Source of the DNA: Octopus vulgaris
Taxonomy: Eukaryota
Length of the DNA stretch: 64,000 nt
Direction: 5' to 3'
Assembly: GCA_951406725.2 (NCBI GenBank)
Contig: OX597827.1
Location: 36,022,001 to 36,086,000, forward strand
This document shows, in pieces, positions 29,549 through 43,766 of the stretch (positions are counted from its first letter, which is position 1; every line of letters begins with the position of its first letter). The notes beneath the pieces were generated by a model that worked only from the letters and a program-made list of their open reading frames with translations, was not told the DNA's origin and made no database searches. The translations under genes and the position numbers were made by a program.

Positions 29549-29705
29549 CTTTATTTTAAGCAGCAGAAAATTCAACAAAATCTGTTACTCTGAGTTTCTC
29601 GTTGCCGTTCATCAGACAGTTTTTGCTAGCAAAAACTGTCTGATGAACGCAACGAGAAACTCAGAGTAACAGATTTTGTTGAATTTTCTGCTGCTTAAAA
29701 TAAAG
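29549..29705. repeat. Near-perfect 157-bp palindrome made of two opposed hammerhead ribozyme motifs (Penelope-type pLTR, tail to ~29778)
   Basis: Arms of 79 and 78 bp with one indel; centre GCTAGC. Confidence 0.9.
29636..29672 (+). ncRNA. Minimal type I hammerhead ribozyme (mirror copy 29582-29619, -)
   Basis: ctgt CTGATGA acgcaacga GAAA ctc-a-gag TA acag. Stem I ctgt/acag; predicted cleavage after GTA (29668). Confidence 0.7.
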
Positions 29706-31071
29706 CATATTACTCTACCACTGGTATTTGAGTACTCTTTTTTCCACCTTGTTTCACATTTATGTGTTTACTCCGGTATATATATATATATATATATCCA
29801 TCCATTTATTGTCCTTTCTCTCTCAGACAAAGAAAAAGAGTCTGACAAATTAGATTCGTAACAGCAAATGAATTTATCAACCTCTTTGATAAGCTATTAA
29901 CTCTTCTAGTAATTAATAAAGTTCAGTTTCTTTTATTTTTTCCTTTTACTTGGTGCATAAATAGTAAACTCCATGACTGAATAGTAGACTGTATTTTCTC
30001 TGAGTCTATTCATCCATAACTAATACATTAACATAATACAATTAATCTTGTTGCTTTGATGGTGACGAAAACTCAGCCAATCCCTCTTTAACACTCAGTT
30101 TAGGAATATCAATACATCCAGAGAGATTTAGAAATGTCCAAACTAACCAGACAAGTCAATAAAAAGAAACAGTGATTTGATTGATATAAAATAGGTTAAA
30201 AGGTTTTCAAGGTTGTGTGTTTAGCCATGCATACATGAAGAGTTGTGTCGCAAACACACACACACACCTATGTACACACATGCAGAACAAGAACAAGAGA
30301 CCAAATCATTTCAAGAAGAGCTGCCCAGCATACTTGCCAAAATTATTAGAATAATATTAGTAATTAATCTAATAATATTAGTAATTAATCTTTTTCTCGT
30401 GGTGTAATAATTTTTAATCAGCATAAATATATCAAACCTACCTTAACTATTGGCACCTCTGAGTAATTTCCTTCAGTGGATTATTAAATGCATGGAGGAT
30501 TAAAATGATAAAGCAGAATAAAAGATACAATGATAATAATGATGATTATGGTGGTAACAGCAGTGGTGGTGGCATTGCAGGTGGTGGTGGTGATGATGAA
30601 GATGATGTGCAGGCTTGACTGTGTGGTTAAGATGTTTGTTTCCAAACTATATGGTTTCAGTTTCAATCCACTGGTTGCCATCCTGGGCAGGTGTCTTCTA
30701 CTATAACCCCAGGCCAACTAAAGCCTTATGAGTGGAATGGGCGAATGGGAACTGAAAGAAGCCTGTTGTATATATGTCTGTGTGTGTGTGTGTTTGTGTA
30801 CCGTTATCTAGACATAACATGATGGTTGTGATGGAGCATCACTGTCATACAAGTGAGGCTGCATGCTTCCAGTCTTCTATGGAAAACATGTCTGTCCATG
30901 AGAAAATTTTTCTTTACTTGAGAAGAGGTGAGGGCTGACAAGAAGGGCATGCAGCCATAGAAAGTCTGCTTCAGTAAACATCATCCAACCCATGCAAGAA
31001 TGGAAAAGTGGATTAGGATGATGCTGATGATGATGATTAGTCAATCACTGGTAATATTTATTTCATTTTTT

Positions 31072-31489
31072 GGATCTTTTCGGTTTGAATGGCAGTTTTT
31101 AAAAATAATTTCCACGTAACTAAACACTTTTAAACTTCATATACTGGTAGAATGTGTTTATAAAACATCTTTCTCTCTTGGCTTTATTGAGAAAATTCTA
31201 TAGTTTGTAAGATATTTGTTGTTTATTTTCTTGCATTTCGGCAATTTCAACCAATCAATGACATCTATTGAGGTGAAAACATTCTGTGCCTTATGAATAT
31301 GTCCCTCGTTTAAGAAACAGATTGGGTTTATTTACATTTCTGAAGAAAAAAAAAAGATACCCTTCCCCCCACCCCTAATCCTAACCCTAAAACATTGAAA
31401 TGCAATAGATCGATACTAGGGTCATAATTATGGGTGACAATTTCATATGACACCGCTAGAAAAAACTGCTGTTCAAACCGAAAAGATCC
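31072..31489. mobile_element. Merlin-like MITE (same family as 59186-59601, opposite orientation)
   Basis: TIR ggatcttttcggtttgaa; 8-bp TSD catttttt/catttttc. Confidence 0.85.
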
Positions 31490-34078
31490 CATTTTTCCAG
31501 TACCTTCAAGAGATAATTCCAAATATGTTTCTGACTCCTCTGACGATATCAGCAGATTTGTACTTTGTTGAAATAAAAGCAATAAAATTGCTAAGTAAAT
31601 ATACAGAAAAGTATATTGTTGTCTTAAAGATGAATAGAATTGTTTGTAAATTATTGTGTACTTCAATTTAGCATACTCTGCCTTATTACTTTCACCTTAA
31701 TTATTCAATTCAATTTTTAAAAATCTATTATCTTATAATTTTGAAAGTTTGCTTCCCAACCTCATGGTTTCAGGTTCAGTCCCACTGCGTGGTACCTTGG
31801 GTAAGTGTCTTCTCCTATAGCCTTAGGCTGACCAAAGCTTTGTAAGTGGATTTGGTAAATGGAAACTGAAAGAAGCCTGTTGTATATATGTGTGTGTGTG
31901 TCTTTGTGTCTGTATTTGTTCTGCACCACCACTTAACAACTAGCATTGATGTGTTGGCAAAGAGGCTGATAAAATAAGTACTGGGATCAACTCATTTGAC
32001 AAAAAAATTCAAGGTAGTGCCCCAGCATGGCTGCAATCTAATGACTGAAACAGGTAAAAGCGATAATAGAGATAAAAAGAGAGTGTATCTTTTTTAATGG
32101 ATACTAACGTCAATGTCATACTGAGATTTAATTACAACTCTTCACATTCTGATTTCCTAATCCTGCAAAAGGTCAGCTTTTCCTTTCGTCGTCGTTGCCG
32201 CTGCCGTCACCACCATCACCACCACCAACAACAACAACAACCCCTGAACATAAATGTTTTGAGTTCTAGGACTCATAGGGACGGTTACCTGGTTTCTATG
32301 GTGTATAAATAACCAAGGTCACAACACTCCCACTGAACTGCATGTCAGTCCATTGCAGAGTTACTTATTTACAAATGAGTGGACGGGAACAAGATGAAAT
32401 GAAGTGGTTTGACCAAGAACACAATGAACCACCTGGTTCAGGAATTGAAACCACTATCTTGCAATCTGAGTGCAACACCCTAACCACTAGGCCATGTGCT
32501 TTCACTTTTATCTTTCTAGGGTTGATAAAAATAAGTATCTGTGATACATTGATTTGAACTGATTGATTGTTTGTTACACTTTCAGGGAATGTGCTGACAT
32601 TAGGAATCTGATGATCTATATTATATTTTTCTATGATATGCTTGAGAAGACCTGTTGAGTCAAGCAAAACCAAAATCGTAGCTGTGACCAGTGCCCCCTG
32701 ACTGGCTCCCATTCCGGTGGCACGTAAAAATGCATCACCCAAATGTGGTTGATGCCAGTGTCTCCTGACTGGTTCCCATGCTGGTGGGACATAAAATGGA
32801 TCATCTGAACATGGTTGATGCCAGTGCCCCTGACTGGCTCCCGTGCCGGTGGCACGTAAAAAGCACTATCCGAACATGATCCATGCCAGGCCCACCTGAC
32901 TGACTCCTGTTCCACTGGCATGTAAAATGCACCCACTACACTCTCGGAGTGGTTGGTATTAAGAAGGGCATTCAGCTGTAGAAACATTGCCAGATCCGAT
33001 TGGAGCCTGGTGCAGCTGCTGACTTTCCAGACATCAGTCAAACCATCCAACCCATGCTAGAATGGAAAACAGACGTTAAACGACAACAACGATGAGAGAT
33101 AACTGAACATGCATTTAGCCCCCTTTTGGAAGCTTTCTCAGCAGGCTGTGTAGCATCTCCCTATCTTGAAACAGTGTGAGTGAATAACATACTAAATATT
33201 CTAAATCATAACCTAGATGACATAGAATAAGATAAATACTGAAAGATAAACTTTGTCTATATACATAACAAAATTAAGGCATCAAGAAGTCAGAGCTCTC
33301 AGGCAAAATGCTTAGTGGTATTCATCTGTCTTCACATTCTGAGTTCAAATTCCACCAAGGTTGACTTTACCTTTCATCATTCAGGGTCAAGCACTGGGGT
33401 TGATGCAAACAACTAACCCCCACTCCCAAACTTGCTGGCCTTGTGCCAAAATTTGAAACCAGTATATATAACACAAAATATATATGAATATATATAACAC
33501 AATATATAATACAAATCATATATAAATATATACAATACAATATATAGTACAATATATATATATATATGTAACTCAATATATTAAAATATACAGTATTATA
33601 GATCCCTTTCTACTGATCTTACTAATCAGTTTTACATCAGATATTAGATAACCAGATATTAGATAACAGGATTAATACTTGGTGAGAAACTGAGAGGCAA
33701 GATTGGCTGAAAGAGATCTGTAATACTGTATACGTTGTTTATATACCCATTCTATTCACAAATATACGAGTCCCAATTTTTTCTGACATGGATTCTAAGA
33801 TGACTATAACAAAATATATACATAAATATAATATTGGTAGTTAGGGTAAATCCAGTTGTTTCCTCTTGAAGCACATCTACTTATTCCATTATTATAATTT
33901 AGTATATAGTCTCAGTTGCTGCTATATGTTAGTTAAAATGCTTAGTAAAATTGAGAATTATGGAAATATTATTTGCAGAGTTATTGTATAATATAACAGG
34001 AAATTAGAAATTTATATACCAAAAATATAATACAAAAAAATTTCCAATTTTCTGTTTTGTTATACATAAATTTATATA

Positions 34079-34958
34079 CAGGGTGCAATGGGTAAATTGT
34101 CGCCATTTTATATTTTTAATTTTGTGCATTGTTTGTTTTTGATTTTGTTGACTATACAAGTATAGTAGGGGCAGTTGGGTACCATCTGTGAGAAAAACAA
34201 CACCATGACACAATTCACTCCTCCAGAAATTTGGGAACAACATGCTGTACTGCTTGCCATTCGCATCGGAAGCTCCAATACGGACAGATGGTGAACACAC
34301 AGAACAACCATTGGCTTTCCATGTCCCCGAAACATGCACCAAGACTGATAAAAATCACACATCCAATCAATATCATGGTGTTTGGAGTGATCACTTGTGA
34401 TGGCAACATTATACCTCCATTCATCTTCCCACACAGCGTCATACTCAACGCAGAGGCCTACATGAAGTACCTGGAGGAGATAGTGCTGCCCTTGATCAAG
34501 AGGGTGGCTGCTGGAAGATCTTATGTCTGGTAACAGGCCTCTGCACCATGGTACACAAGCAGGAGAACCCAGTGATGGCTATCAGACAATTTCTGTGACC
34601 ACATCACCCCGAACATCTGGCCACCTAACTCCTCAGACTGCAATCCCCTTGATTATTATGTGTAGGGTGCAGTTGAGTGAGAAACATCAAAACTTCTTGT
34701 AACACCAAAGATGAACTGAAGGCAAGGGTTATGGCAGTATTCCCCAACTTAAACAAGACAGTCCAGAAGAGTTGCAGGAGAATCCAAAGTCAGCTGACAG
34801 CTGTGGTTGAAGCCAATGGAGATTTTATTGAATAAATTTACTCTTTAGTATTTCAAGATATTTTTATGTAATTTTGGTAAATATATGAGTTAAAATGAGA
34901 TGTCTGTGTTATTTTCATTTTTGTGTAATTTAGATGGCAATATATTCACTGCACCTTT
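34079..34958 (+). mobile_element. Decayed Tc1/mariner-superfamily element
   Basis: TIR cagggtgca..., IMVFGVITCDG and WPPNSSDCNPLDYYV motifs, with stops. Confidence 0.85.
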
Positions 34959-36840
34959 TATATAACACAAAACAATTACATTATTCCAAAAGTTCACTTC
35001 TGTCTGATGGTCAATACATGAAACTTGGAGTAACAGCCTGTGAAATTTTTCAGCTTTGTTAAAACTTTATATTTTACTCTACTTTTGGTGACTGAATTTT
35101 GTACTCTCTAACTTTGGTAATCAAGTGCTGTTTTGCACTTATGTGTTCGCCCATATATATATATTTATCCATACATCATTGCTCAATAGGCTTCAATCAA
35201 TAGATATATGTATATATACAAGTGACTATTCAACTTTCTGAGAAAATAGTTCAGTTCAGTAGTTTTTGCTATAGAAGTTCTTATAATGAGCTCTCACCTG
35301 ATTGTGTAAATTTGTATGTATTTCTATGTATACATACATACATACATACATATATATATATATATATGCATGTGTGTGTGTGTGCGTGTATGTTCACCTG
35401 TTTGAGTATACATGTGTAACCGTTTCTGTGTGTGTGAGACTCTGTGAGTGAGTGTGAGTATGTGTTTGTGTGTGTGTGTGTGTGTGTGTGCGTGTGCCTG
35501 TCTGTCTGCACACGTGTGCATGCAGGCATACATGCATGTGTGTGTGTGTGTGTGTGTATGTTTATGTGTATGAGTGAATATGTGTGTAGGGGTGTTTATG
35601 TAATTATATGTGTGTGAATGTCTGCGTCTGTGTTGATGTAATACTCCTGTTCAGCCATGAGAGAACAGATCTTATTATCAAAGGTAGTCAAGCTGTGACC
35701 ATGCTTAATTTTGTTTCATATGCATTGTATCTAGGACCGCATTATCCAATGAATCCCTCTTTTATTAAGACAGTAAACATTTGGCTCTGTTTAATAGCAC
35801 ATCAAACAGTTACAAAGAAGCTTGTGTGCATGTCTTTTGTGTCTTATATGTGTATGACTGTATGTATTTATATATCTGTGTATGTGTGTGACTATGTGTG
35901 TTTGTATATTTTTGCTGTGTGTGTGTGTGTGTCTCTATATGTATTTCTGTAGTGAGTGTGAGCATATGTCTAAATGTGTGTATTTCTGTGTCTTTTGTGT
36001 GTTTTATGTGAGAGTTTGTGAAGGTATGTGTGTGTGTGTGTTTCTTTGTGTAGGTTTTTATTATTTTTAGTTAAATACCTAGATTTTTGTATGTTTTTCT
36101 TTATTCATTATTTTTAAGATACATTCTTAAATGTTTTCTATGAATATTTTTTTCTGTTTTTTGATGATTTGCTTTTTCCGTTTTATTGCTTTTTTCTTTA
36201 AGTGGAATGTCAGTTTCCTTTCTTACAGAATATTTTTAATGGTTATTTGTGACTGAATATTCTTTACTAGTTACTGTGGCACAAAATATTTTCACCGGTT
36301 ACTGTGACATAATACAGCTACAAATTATTGTAATAATTGTGACAGACTATTTGACTAGTTATTGTGACAAGGCATGGCAGCATGGTAAGAAGTTTGCTTC
36401 CCAACTATATGGTTCTGGGTTCAGCCCCGCTGTGTGGAACTTTGGAAAAGTGTCTTCTACTATAACCCCTGGCCAACTAAAGCCTTGTAAGTGGATTTGT
36501 TAAAGGGAAACTGAAAGAAGCCCATCGTGTGTGAGTGTGTGTGTGTTAGTGCTTGTTCCCACCACTGCTTGACAACCAGCGTTAGTGTGTTTATGTCCCT
36601 GTAACTTAGCAGTTCAGCAATAGAGACCGATAGAATACGTACGATGCTTAAAAAAAAAGATAAGTACTGGGGCGATCTATTCGACTAAGAATTCTTTGAG
36701 GTGATGCTCCTACATGGCCACAGACTAAAGATAAAAGATATGTTTACTACGTATATTTAATAGAGTGACAAAATTTTTTTATCAGTTATTGTAATTCCAT
36801 ATTTTTACTAGTTATTGTGACAAAATATTTTTACTAGTTC

Positions 36841-39450
36841 ATCATCATCATCGTTTAACGTCCGTTTTCCATGCTGGCATGGGTTGGATGGTTTGACTGT
36901 GGACTGGAAAGTCAGGAGGCCGAACCAGGCTCTAATCTGATCTAGCAGTGTTTCTACAGCTGGATACCCTTGCTAACACCAATCACTCCGAGAGTGTTGT
37001 GGGTGCTTTTTACATGCCACTGGCACAGGAGCCAGTCAGGGAACACTGGTATCAGCCACGTTTGGCTGGTGTGTTATACGTGCTATCTGTACAGGAGCTA
37101 GTTGGGGTGGGGAGGCTGGTAACTACCACATTTGGATGGTGCTTTATATGTACCACCGGCACGGGGAGCCAGTCAGGCAGAACTGGCAATGACCCATGCA
37201 TGTATGGTGCTTATTGCATGCCACCAGCACGAGAGCCAGTCAGGCAGCACTGGCATCAGCCACACCTACAATTTCCATTTGATTGTGATTTGATTTGATT
37301 TTGATTTTACTTGACTGAATAGGTCTCCTCAAGCATGGAATGTCACCCGATGATTCAAAGGTACTTTTTAAATGGGCTGGTTATGCGACACTGGTGTAGG
37401 CTATGGCTGTGATCTCACTTTACTTGCTGGGTCTTCTCAATCACAGCATATCTCCAGAGGTCTCAGTTTTTTGTCATTGCTTCTGTGAGGCCCAATGTTC
37501 GAAGGTCATGCTTCACCACCTCGTCCCATGTCTTCCTGGGTCTCCCTCTTCCACGGGTTCCTTCTACTGTTAGAGAGAGATACTTCTTCACACAGCTCTC
37601 CTCATCCATATGCAGCACATGACCACACCAGCACAGTCGTCTCGCTTGCACATCACATCTGATGCTTCTTATGTCCAACATTTCTCTCAGGGTGCTTACA
37701 CTCTGTCATGTGTGCACACTGGCACTACACATCTAGCAAATCATACTAGTTTCATTTCTTTCAAGCCTGCGCATGTCTTCAGCAGTCACAGTCCATGTTT
37801 CACTGTCATGTAGCATGACAGTTTGCACACATGCATCATACAATCTACCTTTCACTCTGAGCAAGAGGCCCTTTGTCACCAGTAGAGGTAGGAACTTTCT
37901 GAACTTTACCCAGACTATTCTTATTCTAGTGGCAACACCCACTGAGCATCCACCCCCACTACAGACTTGGTCACCTAGGTAGCAGAAGCTATCAACTACT
38001 TCTAGTTTCTTCCCCTGGCATGTGATGGAATCAGTTGTTCTGAACATCTGTGGTGTTTATTGCTCCTGTGCATCTGCTGCACACAAAAGCTATCTTCACA
38101 GTCAACCTTCCTTTCATGTTGCTGCACCTCTTATGCATCCATAGCTTACACTGGGTACATCTTATGGAGTTTCTACCTACACCTTTTTTTCAGATCGAGC
38201 AGGGTTTTGTGATGTGTTTGCCTTCCTACTTACTAAGACCTTGGTTTTTGCAACATTGACTCAAAGGCCCTTCGATTCTAAACCTTGCTTCCACACCTGA
38301 AATTTCTTCTCTAGTTCTGGTAGTGATTCCACTATGAGAGCAAGGTCATCAGCATAGAGGAGCTCCCAGGGGCAATGTGTCTTGAATTCCTCTGTTATTG
38401 CCTGGAGGACTATGATGAATAAGAGGGGGCTGAGGGCTGATTCTCGGTGAATCCCTACTTCTACCCAGAATTCTTCACTTTACTCATTGCTGACTCTTAC
38501 CTGTACCACTCTTATTAACCACTTGTCAATCCCCAATTTCTGCATCGCCCACCAGATAAGGGATCAGGGGACCCTTTCAAAGGCTTTCTCCAAGTCAACA
38601 AAAGTCAAGTATAGGGGTTTATCTTTGGCTAGGTATTTCTCCTGCAGAGTCCATACTAGGAATATAGCATCAGTGGTGCTTCTACCTGGCATAAAACTGA
38701 ACTGCATCTCATCTAAGCAGACTCTCTCCCTAATTAGTTGGGCTATGACACCTGATCCAGCAGTTTAATTCTCCTGTAGTCAGTTCTATCTAAAGCATCA
38801 CCTTTACCTTTGTAGCAGTTGACTATGGTGCTGCTACACCAGTCATTGAGTATGACTCCTTCATGAACTACCTGGTTTACAATATAGGTGACTAGGCCAT
38901 AACCCACACCCCCAGATATTTTAAGCATCTCAGCAGTGATTCCTGATGGGCTGGGGTCTTTTCCTGACTTCATATCCTTAATTGCTTTATCTAATTGGCA
39001 GGCTCTCCTCCTCCCATTCATTCTCCACATTCAGCCTTTCATAATGGCTTCTCCAAGCCTCTTTCTTTGCAGAGTCGTTAAAAGCAAGTGCACCATCATC
39101 CATGCAAACACATTTCTCTCCTGTGACATCACAATTTTCTCTCACACACTGTCTTACAATCTGGAATACTTCAGTTCTTTGGTCCTCACATACCTGGACA
39201 TGGGCAAACTTCTTTTCTGCTTCTCCCTTGGCTATGTATACCTGTTTCCCGGCCTCCCTTCTGGCTATCTGGTACAGTTCCCTGCTAACCCCATTCTTCC
39301 AGGCCTGTTTCTTTGCTCTAATGGACTTGTCTACTGTATTATTCCACCACCATGTTACTCTAGGTCTGGAAGGGACTTTGCACCAGCTGCAGATCTGGTA
39401 TGTGGTGCTCAGTAAGTTGTCCCGTAGGAATTTCCAGTTACCCTCTATGC
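36841..39450 (-). mobile_element. RTE-clade LINE, degenerate RT and 3' UTR
   Basis: KAIKDMKSGKDPSPSGI, YKGKGDALDRTDYRRIKLLD, FVDLEKAF, ELLYADDL, FCYLGD and GRGRPRKTW motifs; (GAT)n tail at 36841. Confidence 0.92.
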
Positions 39451-40067
39451 CCGATTTACTTGTTAATTATGACAGAATATTTTTTCCTAGTTCTTGTGAC
39501 AAAACATTTTTACTAGTTATTTGTGATAGAATATTTGTACTAGTTATTGTGACATAATATTTTTACTAGTTAAGGTAGTGAGCTAGCAGAATTGTTAGAA
39601 TGCTGGGAAAAATGCTTAGTGGTATGTCACCTGTCTTTATGTTCTGAGTTCAAATTCCACTGAGGTTGACTTTGCCTTTCATCCTTTCAGGGTGAATAAA
39701 CTAAGTACCAGTTGAGCACTGGAGTCGATGTAATCAATTTAACCCCTTCCCCAAAATTACTGGCTTTGTACTAAAATTTGAAACCAATATTTTTCGTAGC
39801 TTTCATAAAATCATTATTTTTACTAGTTATTACTCTTACTCTTTTACTTGTTTCAGTCATTTGACTGTGGCCATGCTGGAGCACCGCCTTTAGTTGAGCA
39901 AATTGACCCCGGGACTTATTCTTTGTAAGCCCAGTACTTATTCTATCGGTCTCTTTTGCCGAACCGCTAAGTGACGGGGACATAAACACACCAGCATCAG
40001 TTGTTAAGCAATGCTAGGAGGACAAAAACAGACACACAAACACACATATATATATACATAAAAAAAA

Positions 40068-41530
40068 AATCAAAATCAAATCAAATCAAAACAAATCAAA
40101 ATAGATGAACATCAATGGAATTTGTATCTTTGTGGTACCAGTGCCGGTGGCACACAAGAAATCCATCCGAACGTGGCCGTAGCCAGTACCGCATCGACTG
40201 GCCATCGTGCTGTGGGCACATAACAAACACCATCCGATCGTGGCCGTTCGCCAGCCTCATCTAGCACCTGTGTCGGTGGCACATAAAAACACCATCCGAA
40301 GACCCGGCAAGACTAGTCAGGCCATAACCCATGGCCCCTACCTGGGACGTAGTCAGTCCACCTGTGCATACCTTCCTCCTTGTGATACTTGTGAAGGCCT
40401 GTTGAGGCAAGTGAAAATCAAAATCAAATCAAAATAAATCAAAATAGATGAACATCAATGGAATTTGCATCTTTGTGGTACCAGTGCCGGTGGCACACAA
40501 GAAAACCATCCGAACGTAGCCGTAGCCAGTACCGCACCAACTGGCCTCCGTGCTGTGGGCACGTGCCGGTGGCACACAAGAAAACCATCTGAACGTGGCC
40601 GTAGCCAGTACCGCACCAACTGGCCTCCGTGCTGTGGGCACGTAACAAACACCATCCGATCGTGGCCGTTCGCCAGCTTCATCTGGCACCTGTGCCATCA
40701 AATCAAAATAGATGAACATTAATGGAATTTGTATCTTGTGGTACCAGTGCCGGTGGCACACAAGAAATCCATCCGAACGTGGCCGTAGCCAGTACCACAT
40801 CGACTGGCCTCCGTGCTGTGGGCACGTAACAAACACCATCCGATCGTGGCCATTCGCCAGCCTCATCTGGCACCTGTGTCGGTGGCACATAAAAACACCA
40901 TCCGAAGACCCGGCAAGACTAGTCAGGCCATAACCCGTGGCCCCTACCTGGGACGTAGTCAGTCCACCTGTGCATACCTTCTTTCTTGTGACACTTGTGA
41001 AGACCTGTTGAGGCAAGTGAAAATCCAATCAAAACAAATCAAAATAGATGAACATCAATGGAATTTGTATCTTTGTGGTACCAGTGCCGGTGGCACACAA
41101 GAAAACCATCCGAACATGGCCGTAGCCAGTACCGCATCGACTGGCCTCCGTGCTGTGGGCACATAACAAACACCATCCGATCGTGGCCGTTTGCCAGCCT
41201 CATCTGGCACCTGTGTCGGTGGCACATAAAAACACAATCCGAGCGTGGCCGTCTGCCAGCCTCGTCTGGCACCTGTGTCGGTGGCACATAAAAAACACCA
41301 TCCGAGCGTGGCCGTTTGCCAGCCTCGTCTGGCACCTGTGTCGGTGGCACATAAAATCACCCACTACACTCGGAGTGGTTGGCGTTAGGAAGGGCATCCA
41401 GCTGTAGAAACACTGCCAGATCTGACTGGACTGGTGCAGCCTTCGGGCTCCCCAGACCCCAGTTGAACCGTCCAACCCATGCTAGCATGGAAAGCGGACG
41501 TTAAATGATGATGATGATGATGATGATGAT
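40068..41530 (+). repeat. Higher-order tandem array of the RTE 3' UTR (units ~260-345 bp built from ~50-bp subrepeats)
   Basis: aaatcaaaatagatgaacat unit starts at ~40093, 40436, 40700 and 41036; recurrent gtg(c/t)cggtggcac hairpin; ends in an RTE (GAT)n tail. Confidence 0.85.
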
Positions 41531-43244
41531 ATATACGACAGGCTTCTTTCAGTTTCCATCTACCAAATCCACTCACAAGGCATTGGTTGGCCTGGGGCTA
41601 TAGCCCAAGATGCCACGCAGTGGGACTGAACCCGGAACCATGTGGTTGGTAAGCAAGCTACTTACCACACAGCCACTCCTGCGCCTATTGTAAGAAAAAA
41701 TTTTTTTAGTTATTGTGATAATTTTTTTGCTAGATATTATGAGAATATTTTTAATAATTATTATGGTTCTTTTAATTGTGACAAAGGATATTTTTACTAG
41801 TTATTGTGAATATAGTTTTTCTATTTATTGTGACAAAAAATATAGATAACTTTTAGACAAAATGTTATGAGGCAGCAGGAGTGGCATTAATTCTACAAAA
41901 AATTTTGTATAAAAACATTTAAGGCAGTAACTAAAATAAGGCAAAATAAGACAATTGATAAAATATATAAATGAATTGTAATGATATGGTATTAAAAGAA
42001 CTCTGATCTCAGATTTTACAACATGGCTTCTTTTTCTGTCTGTCACTCTACCAATTCTGCCAGCCAATCTATTGCTCTAATCGGGCTAATCACATATTGA
42101 TGAATATCGTTATAGGCAAATAATATTTGATTATGTGGGAGGTGCAGAATGAATAGTTTATGGATTTGTTGTATTTAAACAACAACAACAACAGCAGCAA
42201 CTATTGAAATACAAATGTCTAATATTGACATATTGATCTGGCATATCTGTATGCATTCATTTATCTCTTCTTATTCAGTCAACTGACAGACTGAGTGTAC
42301 AAGGGTTGGTGGTTTGGTTACAATGGTGGGTATATTTGAAACAATGTAGGAGAGGGAGTATGAACAAGAATTATTGATTTAAACCTGGTTTAAGCAAGAT
42401 CTTTTGCTTTAAATTTTGTGTTACCAACATCAGAGAGATGTACACTGCTAGAGAGTTGATTGTCAAGGAAGAGCTTTTGTTAGTTTTCCAAGTAATAAAT
42501 GACAGTTTAATACAACTGTTAGAGTGTTGGACAAAATGCCTTTTAAATTCTGTGTTCAAATCCCACTGAGGTTAACCTTACCTTTCATTTTCTTTCAGTA
42601 GGTGAGAAAATAAAGTACTAATCAAGTACTAGGTTTGATTTATATTGCTATAATGCAGAGGTAGAGGTCATTTTCAGTATAAGGAGTAAATGGCAGGTGT
42701 ATAAGAACCTATGGAGTTACATCAATGAGGAAACAAAATGTTTAATCATCATTCATGTAAACCCATAATTCAACATGTTTGAGTGTATTTGAACATGATA
42801 AGGCCTTTCACTGTAGAGGTGGATAACATTCTCCATCAAGACTTGTGTGCAAATACATTTTTGGTGGGCTGTAAATGATGTCATCAGACTGAAGGACACC
42901 TGCATTTCTGTGTTGTTCTAATTCGTCAATTACATAAGCCAAATCTCTTGTACACAACCCAAATAAGAACTAAATTATTCTCATTAAAACAGCATACAAA
43001 TGTTTGCTGATGTGCTTGGACGAGCTAGAATTAAAAAAATGTTGCATGAATGTGTTAAATATGATGATAATGAATATTTTTTATTCAATACTGTTTCATG
43101 TGACATTATTTAAAATATCTTAAATAAAAAAAAATAAAAAAATCATAGATGCTCTTTTATTCTTTTACTTGTTTCAGTCAATGGACTGCAGTGATGCGGG
43201 GACACCACCTTAAAGAGTATTAGTTAATTAAATTGACTCCAGTA

Positions 43245-43766
43245 CCGTAAATCTTTGAGTGTAGTCTGCCCTTGAGTATAATACGCAAGGGATTTTTAGG
43301 GGGCTGTACCTCTGAAAAACCTAAACCTTGTGTATAATAGGTACTCCTTCTCTAACTTAAGTCGTGCGTAATTAAACCAGCAGCACCTAGTCGAACAAAC
43401 ACTTCCGTGCAGGCATAATACCATAATGGTGATGTTCTCAACTGTTATATGGGAATATAAATATGTTTGCAAATTGTTTTTGTCATATGTTATTCTGTGT
43501 TCTGAATGCTTTTATTTTAATAAATTTTGCAAACTGCAAGTTATGGATAATTCTATTATGACTTCAATGCTTTCAGGCTTAGCTTAAGGTATTTTCGTGC
43601 CCGATATCACAAAATGTGTCTGAATAAACATTGCCGGACAGCAAATAGGGACTCGGACATTGCTTAGAAAATATTTTTCATTTTTAACCTCGTATATAGT
43701 ACGCACTAGGGATTTTGACCTTTAAATTTTGGGGAAAAAATGTGGATTATACTCGAGGATTTATGG
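43245..43766. mobile_element. pogo/Tigger-like MITE inserted in a SINE
   Basis: TIRs ccgtaaatctttgagtgtagtc / gattatactcgaggatttatgg; TA TSD. Confidence 0.75.

Larger units (their letters stand above)
36230..41860. repeat. ~25-bp minisatellite (TTTTTACTAGTTATTGTGACAAAATA) fragmented by insertions
   Basis: Blocks at ~36230-36370, 36740-36840, 39455-39570, 39815-39832 and 41700-41840. Confidence 0.75.

Noticed and set aside
40207-41475. Dense overlapping ORFs up to 199 aa and a CRISPR-like repeat appearance
   Set aside because: GC-rich tandem repeat of a LINE 3' UTR. The spacers are not unique, there are no cas genes, and the context is eukaryotic.
41990-43030. Unique-looking sequence with several short open AG-flanked frames
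   Set aside because: All frames close quickly, splice signals are weak and no protein motif is recognised.
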